From the NCBI GenBank assembly GCA_017654855.1, contig CM030336.1, forward strand, positions 3,534,001-3,598,000: a stretch of 64,000 nt of DNA. Reading direction: 5' to 3'. A program made the translations under genes and the position numbers. A model generated the notes under the pieces. It ran no database searches and was not told where the DNA came from. It worked only from the letters and a program-made list of their open reading frames with translations. Position 1 is the stretch's first letter; the number at the start of each line of letters is the position of its first letter. Shown in pieces: positions 48,662 to 60,793 of this stretch. This stretch comes from Podospora anserina (lineage: Eukaryota).

Positions 48662-49448
48662 TTACTGACTAACAATGATAACAATCGTCGGATCGCTCTC
48701 CTCCTCAGCCCCGGCATCACCATTCCGTCCGGTGCCAGCAGAATCCGTTCCGTTCCGCGCAGGGGAAGAGACGGCCGCAGCCTCGGACGTGGCAGTGGCG
48801 GCGGCAGAGGTCACAGACGAGGCAGGATCCGACTCTCCCGCAGCAGGGGGTGCGGCGGCTTCACCGTCTTTAGCCTCATCAGCTGGAGCGTCTGCAGGCG
48901 CACCAGCCACCGGTGGTGCAGTCGGGGATGCCTCGGTCTCACCAGCCGCGGAGGTAGCAGCTTCGGTGCCATTGGCGGGCTTCATTATCACTCCAACACC
49001 TGCCCCGGCACCGCCAGTAGCCTTTGCTGTCTCCGTTACAGTTGCCGTTATGGTCGTCTCCCTTGCGGCATCTGCACTGTCGGCTGCTGCTGCAGCTGCA
49101 GAAAGAGGTCCGAGGATACCTTTCACTTGGGAGACGAGAGCGTTGACAGCGTCGATGATGTTGCCGGGTTGGCCAGCTTCTGCTCCCGCCCCCGCTTCGG
49201 CTGGGGTGGTGATCTGAGCCGGTGGAACGGTAGCGTTGCCTGCTGAAGTGGCGGGAGGTGTTAGAGTTGAGTTGGCAGCCGGGGCTGAGGCAGTTGTCGG
49301 TGTAGGGATTGGTCGGACCGCGAGAGGCGAGGCGGACACGGTTGCTGCTGCTGTGAGAGCTATTGTCAAGGCCACCTGTAGTTGCGAATATTGATGAGAA
49401 TCTTTTTCAAGTGTAAAGGGGAAAGAATCATACCTTCTTGTTGACCAT
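48662..49448 (-). CDS. Secreted Ala/Thr/Pro-rich low-complexity protein (intron about 49377-49433)
   Basis: MVNKK|VALTIALTAAATVSASPL signal peptide; several N-x-[ST] sequons; ends PTIVIIVSQ. Confidence 0.7.
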
Positions 49449-52296
49449 CTTGGATGTGTCGTCAAAATCTATATGATTTGAAAAGAAGTGAACGGCGCCG
49501 AACCGAGAAGTATCTCCACGACCAAGAAAATTGAAAGCTGACGGAACAAGTGAAAGAGATCTATCCAGTAGATCAAGAAGGAGTGTAAACTTATCGTCAA
49601 CAAAGAAAGAAAGGTGAGCGTCTAGCGCCCGAAGAAAAGAGCAAAAGTGAGCAGGAAAGCAGTAGCGAGCGTTTGGCAGAACAGACAGAATCCGGAGACA
49701 CAATTGGGATCTCGGGTTCCTTATTATACCGTGTCTTCTTCCTCAACTGTCATCCTTCCTGTCGACCTCCGCATAATGCAACGGGAAAATCACCGACATC
49801 GTTTTGCAAATCAAACCTCTGGTAAGCATCCCATATTCCTGATCTGAATACATCTCAGCAAGGTGTGGCAAAATTGAAGTGCTTTGGGGTGAGAAATGTG
49901 AGATAAACTCCGACTCGAGAAGTCGTGTGATATACGCTTCAGTGTTGAACATCTGGCCAAACAAGAGACCAGCAGGGGTTTAGAAGGTAGAGGTTTCGGT
50001 GGCTGATCGACTAATGTGGCCCATTTTGATAACCTCGGTGATGAGCCACATGAACTTGGCAGAGATAATCTTAGCTCAGCACGCGGCGCAGTCGATCACG
50101 AATGTCTGTGGGAAAATAAGAGCGGCCGCAGCTGCAGAGTGCCAGAGTCCAGTCTGTGCTTGGCCCCCCATCTTCTGGGATTTTGATCCCCAACAAGAGA
50201 CATGTTTCGCGGTGAGGCTTGCACGAATCACGCTGCAGGGTCTGTCACGACCACGTTCACCAGCAGGTGAACCCTGGTCAGAACAGGTCCATGGTTGACA
50301 GCTTGCATACCGAGGGATTGGATAAGGCGAAGAACTGGGGAAAAAGAGACGAGGAGCCCCTGTGGCGCACATGGCATCGATGGTCTCTGGGACAGAACAG
50401 ACAGTCAGAAAACCGTCCCAGGGAGAAAATGCTGCTGGCTCCTCCGGCATCCGTGATAAGCCGGGTACACCGGCCGTCGGTTTGGCATAGTTGGCGGCTG
50501 AGACGGCCGCCGGACCGATTGGACTAGGTGAACAAAAACGAGGCTACCGGTGTTGCCTCTTGTACACCTGAGCTAACCAAACAAACGGGAGCTATCTAGC
50601 CTAAGAACAGGCTGTTGCTGATGAAGCTTTGGCGATGTGCCACGGTTCGCCGTTGAAGATTGCGGAAGGGTGGGGTATCAGCTCTGAGGTCCGACAGGGG
50701 ATGAGGCGCCCAGACCAGGTGGGGGGTGGTGGGTGGGTAGGGCTTGGACGCGATAGGCTCCACCACAACCCGATCCTTAACGGGTTCATCATGAACCTCT
50801 TTCCCCATCGAGATGCCTTCATTTTCTGTGCAGCGAAGCAACTCGCATTATTCTCATGCCGGTGACATTACGATGGCAACACCTCTGTGCTGCCCGACTG
50901 TCCCGACGTGACCTCATTGCAGACCGACCGTCGCAATATCAGACAGCCTGCGCCAACAGTGTTTCATGCCACTCAGCAGCGCGTCAACGACGCCCTTGAA
51001 CGCGACCTTTGTCAGCAGGAAACCACTTGGAACACTTATCACAAGCATCACAGGCGAACACTCGAGCTATTTGCAACCGCAACCTCCTATCAAAAAGACG
51101 CATTTCATCGCCATTACACATCCCGCGGCTCAACGTCTCCTTATCAACTGCCCAGACCTCTCCCCAGTCGTCAATCATACCTTATCCGCTAGTGCCATGC
51201 AGTCAATGCCTAGTGGACTGCCAGGGGGATCACAGGCCCAGACGCTCCCTCCACACACAACCTCTGCCTTGGAGCCCTCGACAACCTCATCGGTCATCTC
51301 GTCCTGCATCAGAAGGTCGCACCGTTGTAGGGTAGCCCCCTCTTCCATATTGGGACAGGGTACACGATGGTGCATCACTATCGTGCCGCCCGGGAAACTG
51401 GATGGTTCAGGAAGCCCTGATCCCCAGACCCCAGCTCCACGGTACCAGCTTGGGCGACATAAATCTCCTAGGGCATCATATCACGTACCTACTTCGCATG
51501 GCTCTTGTTCTGGCCCACGATGGATAGCTTTCCTCGTGAACTGTTGTAGATCAAGCTGATCCGCCTTTGCTTTTCTTCATCTTTCCTTCCCCTTTGTGTT
51601 TCTGATCAGCTCCCAAGTATTGCATCTGCTTACTGCCGGCCCTTCTTGTTGTCTTGGCACCTTATTATTGCCCGGCCGATAAGCAGCCCGCAACGTTGAT
51701 ACCTCACCCGGCCTGCAGGAGTGCGCCGAGATTCCAGACGAGGATTGCGACTGCATACAGCCTTGACCCGAGCAATCGGCTTGGTCCCCGTCTCTGACGC
51801 AGCATTCTCGAATAGGAGAGGCCTGAGAACCAACGATACATGTAAGGGAAGACGGACTCCCACTCGCCGCCACATTGGGAAAAAGCAAGCAGCATCCCGT
51901 TCCTTTTCGTCGACGAGAATTTCCACCCATCTTTTTCTTCCCCTCCTTTGCTCTCGACCTCGACGGTTCCTGTTTCTTTCTTGCGCGACATACGCTCCTT
52001 TCCCACCCTCTACCCACGTCAATATAACTGCTGACGAGTCTCAACTTTGCCGTCCATCTGCAGTCCAACGCCCTCCACCGGAGCCGAAGCGGCAGTCAAC
52101 AGATTTTTGCAAGCGCCTCTTGAGTGCAGAAACGGCCCGCAACGATCACCCGTGATCACAGACGCCGTTCCCATCAAAACTCTGCCGTGCCCCGCCCATG
52201 TTCAAGCTACACCCTACATTCGACCTAGTTTCACGCACGATTTCTCCAACCTTACTTTCAGCTATACGGCTCTCTTGAGCCTCTTGGACTAGCATC

Positions 52297-55200
52297 ATGT
52301 CTGGACGCAGCGCCTACGTGCGCAAAAAGATTACCGAGACGAAGACGGGGGAGCAACAAGGTCATGGTAGAGCCCGGGCAAAATCAACCACCAGCTCCGA
52401 CAATGTCACCATTAGCGATTACCCGATAGGGTCCATGCCAGCGCTCCGCCAGGAGAGGGATCTTGTGACAGGGGTCGGAACAACAAACGCGCGATTCTTG
52501 AAGTTCTCTGAGCATGCTCGCGAAGATGAGATGATGGTATATCGAGGAGACGTTCCCTCCTATGTCCCTCAGAGCAGTGGAAGTCAGAGTGGATCGAGTG
52601 TGGATGGACGACGAGACGGCGCAAGCACTTCCCAGCGGAATAGGCCGCTCAACGATTTTGCCTATGCTCGTGCGCGGCGGCCGGTCATCAAGACGGAAGA
52701 TGTGTCAGGGATAGAAAAGTCCGGGCTGCGAAGCATGCTGGACAAGAGGAGTGATGACTTTCGGAAGGGGTTGGCCAAGACTTTTGCTTTCAAGAAGAAG
52801 GACAAGAAGGGGAGCAACGCTGGGAAGGCTGGCGACTTTAGACCAGAGTCTTCGGCCACTGTGCGACCCTCTCCCATTTCAGCTGACTTCAACGACGGCT
52901 ATGATGCCGACGTTTCACCCATCCAGTATCAACCATCGCCATCTGGACCACATCCCGGGGTTCCTTGGGACGACACAGGAATGCTGTCGCCTCCACCCTC
53001 CGGGAAGCTACCACCCACACCGGGCTCCTCAGGAGCGCCTCCTATCAAGCGGTGGATAGGAGCTGGAAGACCAGTTCAGCGCTGGAATAAGCTGCGGAAG
53101 GATCCAGAGCTGTGGGACCCCAACGGAGATGTGCTGGTGTTCTTTGGGACCAAGGGTCAATCTCCGCGGCCAAACCCGTCTTTTCGCTTGTCTTCGCACA
53201 TCATTGAGGCGACCGAGTCTCGATTCCTCATTACACTTTTACGAGAGGGCTCGACAGAAGAGGATATCCACTTGCCACCATCGCCTGCCGGCGCACCACC
53301 GATGCTGCAACGGCATAACACACACGGGCAACATCTTGCTGCAGGGGGTATCGGTCGTGGCGGGCACCCGACACCACCAGTTTCGGAAGACAACAGCTGG
53401 GAGGCTGACGGGCAGATCTCGTACGAAATGTACTTCCCAACCCCCGTCAGCATGAGCAAACTTGACCAGTTTCGACATCACATTACTACCCGCAATGTGT
53501 TTGCAATGCTCTACCACTCCTCCCTTGTTGGCTTGTCGTTATACCAAGCTCTGACGGATCTTCACTCAAGACTGGAGTCATACATGCCACCCGAAACTGA
53601 CAATGTTGGCACCATTCTCAACTATCTATCTGCCCGCGGTACTGATGATGTGCGCAATGACCCAGAGACTGCCGTCAGCCTGCTGGCCTGGAGCGAGCAG
53701 AGCGACGTCCGGTGGGAGGAGGGCTGGCGCGAGAGCTTCTTGCATTGCGCGGGGATGTACTCACGGCTTGAGACTTGCTCTGATTTCCGATATCTCACTC
53801 CTATCACCAGAGCTCTTCTCGAACGCGCGTGTCTCGAGACACAGCTTCGTGTTCAAGCAGCGGAGGAGCGTCTCGCTGCCTTCCAGTACAGCGACATGTG
53901 GCCGGCAGCTGTGGCCACAACGGCCAGCACCAGTGGTCCTGTTGGTGCTGCGCCAGCCAAAGCAGCTGCCGACAGACTGCAGAACTTTTTCGTTCAGTAC
54001 TACACTCGGGAATATGGCTCCTGGCCGCCGCCACTATCACCCTCGGGAGGAGCAGATCCTTATGCCACGGCAATGGTCCAAGGAGTACTGGAAGAAGAGG
54101 AAGACATCTGGCTCACCCGGACGGTCGCTCAAGCCTTGCAAAAGGACTTTGCCGCGCTATACGACTACCTCGTCAACCGGGACATTGTCTGGGACGTGTC
54201 GGAAGCACGCTCCAGCAGGAAATGGATGATGGTCAGCGAAAGCGGCAACCGAGCCTTTGAGGCCGACACCGAAGACCTCCCGATGACGGACATGCTCATC
54301 GAGTTTGACAATAAACACCGCTTCCCTCACATCCCGCACCCTTATCCCCTCGTCCCGGAATCCATCCCCCCTTATCACAACCCAAACAAGGACACGCCAT
54401 CCACCAGCGGAGGCGGCATGTTTGGTAATAAATCCTCCAAAAAGCCCACCGCCACAACCACCCGTGCTGGTGCGCTCGACCGCCGCATCCAACTCGCCTA
54501 CACTGAAGCTACCAACATCTGCATCCTCGGCTCAGACTTCACCCACTCCGACCTCCTCGATGCCTTTTCCAAGTTTGAGAAATCCGACAAAATCTCCGAA
54601 GTTGACCCCGCCACTGCCCGACGGGGCCGATGGGTTCTTGTCTATGGTATCCTCCAAACCCTCGCATCCGTCTCGGTTGACGCCCCCAACGTCCGCTACC
54701 GCGACAATGTTACCTACCACCTCTCTCCCCGGCTCAAAGGCAACACCAAGCTCCCCCCGTGGAAAGGCTCTTCCAACCCCTCGGCCAACCCAGAGGCATC
54801 CCACGAGTTGTCCCACTGCTGGGTCATCCCCCAAACTTGGCGAGCCACTTCCCAGCACGGGGGGAGCAGCGTATCCAACAGCGGAGCGGAAGAAAACTCG
54901 ACCGGCGAGCAAGACGATTTTTACCCGGCTTATGGCTACGGTGGGAGGTCGTATAACTTCCCCTTGCCGTCCTCCCGGGCGCCCAGTTCGGCGGGTGGGT
55001 ACAGGAATAACAACAAATCACTCCGCTCCGGCAGCAGCCGCGCACCGTCTACTGCGTATAGTAATAACTTGTCTTCTGCTGCGTCTGTCATGTCTTACTC
55101 CGAGACTGGCTCCGAGGCGGGGGGGTCGAGTATCTGGTCGCCTCCCCCTTCCTCGGCCGGGGGTGGATCACGGAGGGTAACCTCCTCCTCGCGACGTCGG

Positions 55201-55545
55201 GACAATGCCAAGGTTTCGGTGGCTCCTGGTGGAGGGGGAGGGAGGTATATTGATCCTGTTGAAGAAGGGGGATGGGCTGCCCCGGGGCAGACCTATGCCT
55301 CCCGCCCTGGGACTGGGACTGGGACTGGGACGGGGACGGGGACGGGGACGGGGACGGGGGGGTATAACAACAAGGAGGAGGGGGATGATGGGAGGAGTTT
55401 TACTACTGCTTATACCAGTCGCGGGGGGGAGAGGGATAGGAGCCGTGTGAGGGGGGGGAGTGGGAAGAGGGAGAGGAGCAGTCCGCCGGTGATACGGGAT
55501 TTCGACTTTGATGGGTTGGATGTTATTGATGATCATGCTCCTTGA
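52297..55545 (+). CDS. Conserved fungal hypothetical protein, 1082 aa, intronless
   Basis: Long ORF with an ordered core (PELWDPNGDVLVF, HITTRNVFAML, WRESFLHCAGM, ARRGRWVLVYGILQTL) between disordered S/G/P-rich ends. Confidence 0.85.
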   Translation: MSGRSAYVRKKITETKTGEQQGHGRARAKSTTSSDNVTISDYPIGSMPALRQERDLVTGVGTTNARFLKFSEHAREDEMMVYRGDVPSYVPQSSGSQSGSSVDGRRDGASTSQRNRPLNDFAYARARRPVIKTEDVSGIEKSGLRSMLDKRSDDFRKGLAKTFAFKKKDKKGSNAGKAGDFRPESSATVRPSPISADFNDGYDADVSPIQYQPSPSGPHPGVPWDDTGMLSPPPSGKLPPTPGSSGAPPIKRWIGAGRPVQRWNKLRKDPELWDPNGDVLVFFGTKGQSPRPNPSFRLSSHIIEATESRFLITLLREGSTEEDIHLPPSPAGAPPMLQRHNTHGQHLAAGGIGRGGHPTPPVSEDNSWEADGQISYEMYFPTPVSMSKLDQFRHHITTRNVFAMLYHSSLVGLSLYQALTDLHSRLESYMPPETDNVGTILNYLSARGTDDVRNDPETAVSLLAWSEQSDVRWEEGWRESFLHCAGMYSRLETCSDFRYLTPITRALLERACLETQLRVQAAEERLAAFQYSDMWPAAVATTASTSGPVGAAPAKAAADRLQNFFVQYYTREYGSWPPPLSPSGGADPYATAMVQGVLEEEEDIWLTRTVAQALQKDFAALYDYLVNRDIVWDVSEARSSRKWMMVSESGNRAFEADTEDLPMTDMLIEFDNKHRFPHIPHPYPLVPESIPPYHNPNKDTPSTSGGGMFGNKSSKKPTATTTRAGALDRRIQLAYTEATNICILGSDFTHSDLLDAFSKFEKSDKISEVDPATARRGRWVLVYGILQTLASVSVDAPNVRYRDNVTYHLSPRLKGNTKLPPWKGSSNPSANPEASHELSHCWVIPQTWRATSQHGGSSVSNSGAEENSTGEQDDFYPAYGYGGRSYNFPLPSSRAPSSAGGYRNNNKSLRSGSSRAPSTAYSNNLSSAASVMSYSETGSEAGGSSIWSPPPSSAGGGSRRVTSSSRRRDNAKVSVAPGGGGGRYIDPVEEGGWAAPGQTYASRPGTGTGTGTGTGTGTGTGGYNNKEEGDDGRSFTTAYTSRGGERDRSRVRGGSGKRERSSPPVIRDFDFDGLDVIDDHAP

Positions 55546-55749
55546 GGGCGGTTTTCGTTAGGGTGGCAGGTGTAGGTGTTTTGATATGGAATGGGTGGTG
55601 GTGTATCAATATTTTGAGGGGATGTTTTGGGAAAAGGCATGAGGGAGCAAGTAATGGTATTACACTGACACATCCGTTTCATTCACATCCAACGCCGCGA
55701 AGAAGGTTTAGCAGTCCTTTCCACAACTTAATCCTGATTTGAAGGGGTG

Positions 55750-56582
55750 TTATTCCTGGCACAACCCCCCCCAAAAATCCCTCTTGTCCCCCCCCGTTGG
55801 GCATATTCCAACAATAAATACCCCCACCCATCTTCGCACCGAAAAGTGCCAAGATACCTGGGAAACAATGTCCTCAGCTTGAGGTACGCCTCGACCCTCT
55901 TGTTCAAATCTCCCTTCCTCGTCTTCTTTTATCCATATCTTTTTGACCGCGACGATCTCAAGGGTGGGGTATTCTCTAACCATATGTGGGCCGTGTGGTT
56001 TCCAGTCTTCGTTTATCGCATATGTCTGCACTATTCCTTTTCTGTCTTTCCCGTAGTAGAGAGTGTTGCGGGGTTGCCAGGGGAGGATGCATCGTTCTGT
56101 TAGTGTGCGGCTGTTTGATGACTTCTCTTCTAATGAAACCGGGTTGAAGAGGTTTTGGTAGTCCTTAAACGCCATCCAAGCAGCTGCGTCGGTTCCGAAA
56201 ACGGCGTCACAGGAATGGCGAGGGAGGTGGGTGTCGTTTGTGTTGTTGGCGAGGAAGTGGGTGATGTATTGAGGTGATGAGCAGGAGACAAGGGTGGAGA
56301 GTATGCGGAGGAAGCGGTTTTGTAACGTGGTGATTTGAGCTGGGGAGGTGCTGGGGGGTAGTCTCGAGTGAAGTTGGGAGGTAGTCCAGTAGGCTTGGAG
56401 GGCGGGGTAGGGGATGTAGTAGGCTGAGTGGTTGTTAGGGGTGGCGCCTTCGAAGGAGTGATCTTCTAGGTAGGCTTTCAAGGTGGTGAAGGGGTCTACT
56501 ACCGTGCAGACGAGGGGAGGGGGCACTCAGATGGTGGTGGCGGGAGCAGCGGTTGCGAAGTCGTCTAAAAGGGGAGGATGTC
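55750..56582 (-). pseudogene. Degenerate gene fragment, possibly the N-terminal part of a fungal protein-kinase-like gene
   Basis: YIPYPALQAYWT...FLRILSTLV...CILPW...VAVKKI...FEQE then loses frame; the putative ATG at 56582 is out of frame with the main ORF. Confidence 0.4.
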
Positions 56583-57171
56583 ATATTTATTTGTAGAGCC
56601 CTAGAATAAACAATAAACACAGAGATGTCTTGGGAGCAATCGCTTCGTTCACTCATGACAGTTGGAGGCCTTGATGTTGAACGGCCGTGTGGGGTTGCGT
56701 TGGTGCCCATCAAACCGCCGGTCTTGACATTTTGCACCAACCACCCCCGATGGGCACCACAAGCTGTTCATCACAAAATATCACAGGGCGGCTACCTATC
56801 TTTCGTGTCAAAGCTCCTGCTATTGACTGGCACACAAGTTCCGATGACTTTTTCAGACGACAGAGATAAAAAGGATTGGGGATACAAACAACCAAAATCG
56901 GGACATTTCTAGCGCAACTCCCAGCCTGTTCATCAACAACCACACCGTCGAGGCAAATCTATACAATCCCTAAAAAGCCAAGCACAACATCAAAAAATTC
57001 CCCAAATTACAAACGCTCAAAACTCAGTGGTCGTCACGTCGTAGCCTCGAGCCTTGATATAAACACATTAATCCATCACTCGTAAGATATCCTGCCCTTG
57101 AACATCACACCATTTCCAAGAAAAAAACCTCATGTAACCCCCCCCCCACCCCAGCCTTAACTCTCCCACAC

Positions 57172-57831
57172 TCAAACATAAGCCCGATGATGGCTATGCC
57201 CCCTGCTCCCAGAATAACTCCTCGACCTCCTCGAGCTCCTCGACCCCCCCCTCGACCTACTCACCCTCCTCGTCTCCACATACCTAACCTTCTCATCCCT
57301 CGCCGTATGCCTCCCATGCACCCACGCCATCACCGCCGTGATAAAAAAGAAGACAACATTCATGATTCCCATCGCAAAGCAAGCCTTGAGCATCCCGCAG
57401 GTCTTGTCAAAGTTAACGCTGACAACCAGCCACCCGTTTTGTCGCAAAATCGCCCCAGAGGAGCAATCTGCGTTGGCGATCCCACGGAGGTAGTACACGC
57501 CCGCGATGAGCGCGCCAAAGAGGCAGAGGTCGACGAACCCGACGAATTGGGCGTTGTTGGAGGAGCGGTGGTAGAAGAAAAGAGTAAAAACTGCCCAGGC
57601 GAGGGCGAGGACGGAGACGATGAAGAGGACGAGGATGGAGGTTGGGGTCATGAGGTTGGCGGAGAGGTTGATGTTGACGAAGTAGGAGAGCATGCCGACG
57701 ATGGGGACCTGGAGGGGATTGTCAGTACAGAAAAGGGATGTATGTATGGTAGAAGGACGGGAGGGAGGGGGGCGTACGAGGGTCAATATCTCCATGAAGC
57801 GCCAAAGGGCGAACATGATTGCGAAGAGCAT
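57172..57831 (-). CDS. MARVEL-like four-TM membrane protein (one in-frame intron about 57710-57777)
   Basis: Four hydrophobic helices, CGMLKACFAMGIMNVVFF motif, R/S-rich basic tail. Confidence 0.8.
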   Translation of the reverse strand: MLFAIMFALWRFMEILTLVRPPPSRPSTIHTSLFCTDNPLQVPIVGMLSYFVNINLSANLMTPTSILVLFIVSVLALAWAVFTLFFYHRSSNNAQFVGFVDLCLFGALIAGVYYLRGIANADCSSGAILRQNGWLVVSVNFDKTCGMLKACFAMGIMNVVFFFITAVMAWVHGRHTARDEKVRYVETRRVSRSRGGSRSSRRSRSYSGSRGHSHHRAYV

Positions 57832-58487
57832 TTTGGCGATTTGTGCTTTAGGTCAGGCAGCTGTCTTTCGTTATCGTGCACGTATGACGTCCTTAGGGAC
57901 AAGCGACCGCTGTATGTCTCTCCTCTCGAAAGGAATTCAGGGTCGAGCCTGTGTGTGTGTGTGTGTGTGTCTCGCAAACCAGACCCGACAAACCGGGAGG
58001 GCAGTGGGGCCGAATCTGTGTTTTTGTTTACCAGCCGTTCGTTCGAGCGTTGCGCAGGAACCCGTTGGACCATCAAACAACCTTATTCTGACGTCTGTGT
58101 TGCTGCGTGGATAGAAACAGCAAGATGGGAGGAAGAGTAAAAAAAAAAGGATTGCTCGCGATTTGTCAAGAAACGCCGCGCCCACCCGACGCGGCGCAGC
58201 TGACACGACACCGCATCCTGATTTTTCCCTCCAGCAGCATCCGACATCTTCAACACCTGCAGGAGGAGGCTGGGGGGGGAGTGGCCCGTCGTCGGTGAGT
58301 TGGATGGTGAGCGGGGGGGCCAATCAGAGGGGAGATGTTGTGTGACGTTGTGAGGAGGAAGTGGGGCAGTCACCACGTTGTCGCAAAGTGGTCTGTGCGG
58401 AAGTGTTTGCAGGGAAATCCGAGAGGTTGGTGCCTGGTGGAGGTTTTTATTTTTAATTTTTGGATGAACCTTGATGGACAGGCACAA

Positions 58488-60250
58488 CTACTTCTTCTCC
58501 TTGGAGCAAGGAGCACTGCTATGCTCTATCCCCGCACCGCCCTTGCTATCCAACTCATCAAGAGCCTTCTGTATCGCCTCCCCGACCTCCCTGTCAACCC
58601 GATTAAACATCTCGATCGTCGCCTTCTGTACTTGAGGAAGAGCCTTGCCAACATGGGCCGCAACATTCTTGGCAAAGACCTTGTCTTCACCGTTGCTCTT
58701 AAAGATCTTCCAGAGATCAAGAGGCTGCTCAAAGTCTTCGTCTGTGACTTCCGACGAGAACTGAGTGACTTTGCCCACCCACTCATCGTGGGCAATATCT
58801 GCTGGGCCGAGACGAAGAGAGCGGAAGGAGGATCGGACTGGGACAGTCAGCATCGAGGCTCTGTGTCGAGTGGTCAAGTGGAGGACTTACCATAGTCCGG
58901 ATCACCGTCATAATTGCCGTCCACACGCATCGGCCCGTCTCTTTGGTACGGCGAATAGACGTACTGGGCGCGGTTGCATGGCAGCTGTTGGTAGTTGGGA
59001 CCCACGCGGTATCTGGCTGCATCGGGATAGCTGAACATTCTCGCTTGCAGCATGGGATCGGCACTGGGGCCGATGCCAGGAACCATCGTGCTGGGACTGA
59101 AGGCTGCCTGCTCAATATCCTGGAAGTGGTTGTCGGGGTTGCGGTTGAGAGTCAGCCTACCAATGGGTCTCAGCGGGTAGTCCTTCTGTGGCCAGATGCG
59201 GGTGATGTCAAAAACATTCCAGCGGTAAGTTTCCGCCTCCTTTGGATCCATGGTCTGGAAGTACATCGTCCAGGAGGGGTAGTCCCCCTTCTCAATGGCA
59301 TTGTACAGGTCCTTGATATGGTAGTCAGGCTCTTCTCCCGCCAACTTGAGAGCTTCATCAGACTCAAGGTTCTGGATCCCAGCGTCAGGCTTGAAATGGA
59401 TCTTGACATATTTGAAGGTGCTGTCTTCTGGCTTGCCGAACTTGAAGGTGTGGTTCCCGAAACCGTTGATGTTGCGCAGAGACTTGGGGATACCGCGCCC
59501 TCCGAAGAGCTGCATGAGGCAGTGGACACCTTCCTGGTTGTTGTTGTGAAAGTCCCAGAACATGGTCGAGTCAGGGACGTTGGTTTGGGGATGACGTTTG
59601 TGGGAGCGGTTTAGACTCGGGAATTTGACGGGATCTCGGATGAAAAAGACGGGAAGATCGTTGCCGACGAAATCCCAATTGCCTTCTTCGGTAAACATCT
59701 TGAGGGCGAACCCGCGGATGTCTCGGGTGGTGTCTGAAGACCCCTTCTCTCCGGCTACTGTCGACAGGCGGGCGAGGACCTTGGTCTTCTTGCCCACCTT
59801 GCTCAGAAAAGCAGCGGATGTAAAGTCTGATACATCATGAGTGCACTCGAATTCACCCCATGCTCCTGCGGCTTTGGCGTGTACGACTCTGTGCAAATGT
59901 CAGTTAGTGCCTGCCTATGGGTGAGCGCGAGGTCGGCCCTACCTCTCAGGAATCCTCTCCCGAGGAAAGTGGGCGAGGGTCTCTATGAGCTGGGTGTCTG
60001 ATAAAAGTGATAGCTGCCCTCCCTTGGGCTTTTCACCACGTAGAACAGTTGCCGCGGTTGGGTCATGGACAGGCCGGCCTGGGCAGTGCTCAGTCAGTTG
60101 TGTGTCACAACATAGAGTGCTTACTCAGAAGAGGTGATAGAAGATGCATAGGTACCCTCGGCCAATGTAACGATGGGGGCGTCGTCCTTGCACTGCCATC
60201 AGCATGGACCTGGCCTGCCTTTATCATGGTGTCTGACTTACTGGAGCCAT
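58488..60250 (-). CDS. Monofunctional small-subunit heme catalase (multi-exon)
   Basis: MAP|CKDDAPIVTLAEG..., HFPRERIPER|VVHAK, DIRGFALK, GNWDFVGN, FFIRDP, MLQARMFSYPDAARYRVG. Confidence 0.95.
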
Positions 60251-60793
60251 CTTGAAGCTCTCAACCTCTTTCCCGCCGTTCCAATAATAGTGGTACAAAA
60301 GGATTGTTGGGAGTAGCAGCTATTGCAGCCACAACTTAATGATTAGCACTCGATTGATATACCATCTCGCACACATCCACGCATCATCGACATATCATCA
60401 ACATCGGTGGATAATTTGGTGTCATTGACGTCACTACTCTGAAATACTCGCAGATTGCACCACCCATTACTACTTTACGATAATCGAAATTAATCCGATA
60501 AGAAGTTATTTGTTCTGGTGAATCCGGTTCTCGAAAGGTTGTTCGTGGAAATAATGGTAATAATGGCGTGTAAACGCATGACGTGCCAATGACAACATTA
60601 CCAAAATGTGCTGCTGTAACCGTCCTGCACCACAATCACCCAGCCACCTGCAGGACCGTGTAAAACACAGCAATCATGATTATCGGAGAAATAGGCCGCT
60701 CAATACTACAAACCCGGCAGTCACCCCTTCTTTTCCTAAATACCTTAGCAAAAGTTTGTTTCAACCCACACGTCCGGCCACGCAGACATCCCC

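Noticed and set aside
49500-52290. Many short overlapping ORFs in a 2.8-kb gap
   Set aside because: No motifs or consistent coding pattern; likely divergent promoter and long 5' UTR
55306-55356. (GGGAC[TG])n hexamer run, and (GT)n at about 57950-57970
   Set aside because: Ordinary microsatellites (Gly-Thr coding run; UTR dinucleotide repeat), not telomeric
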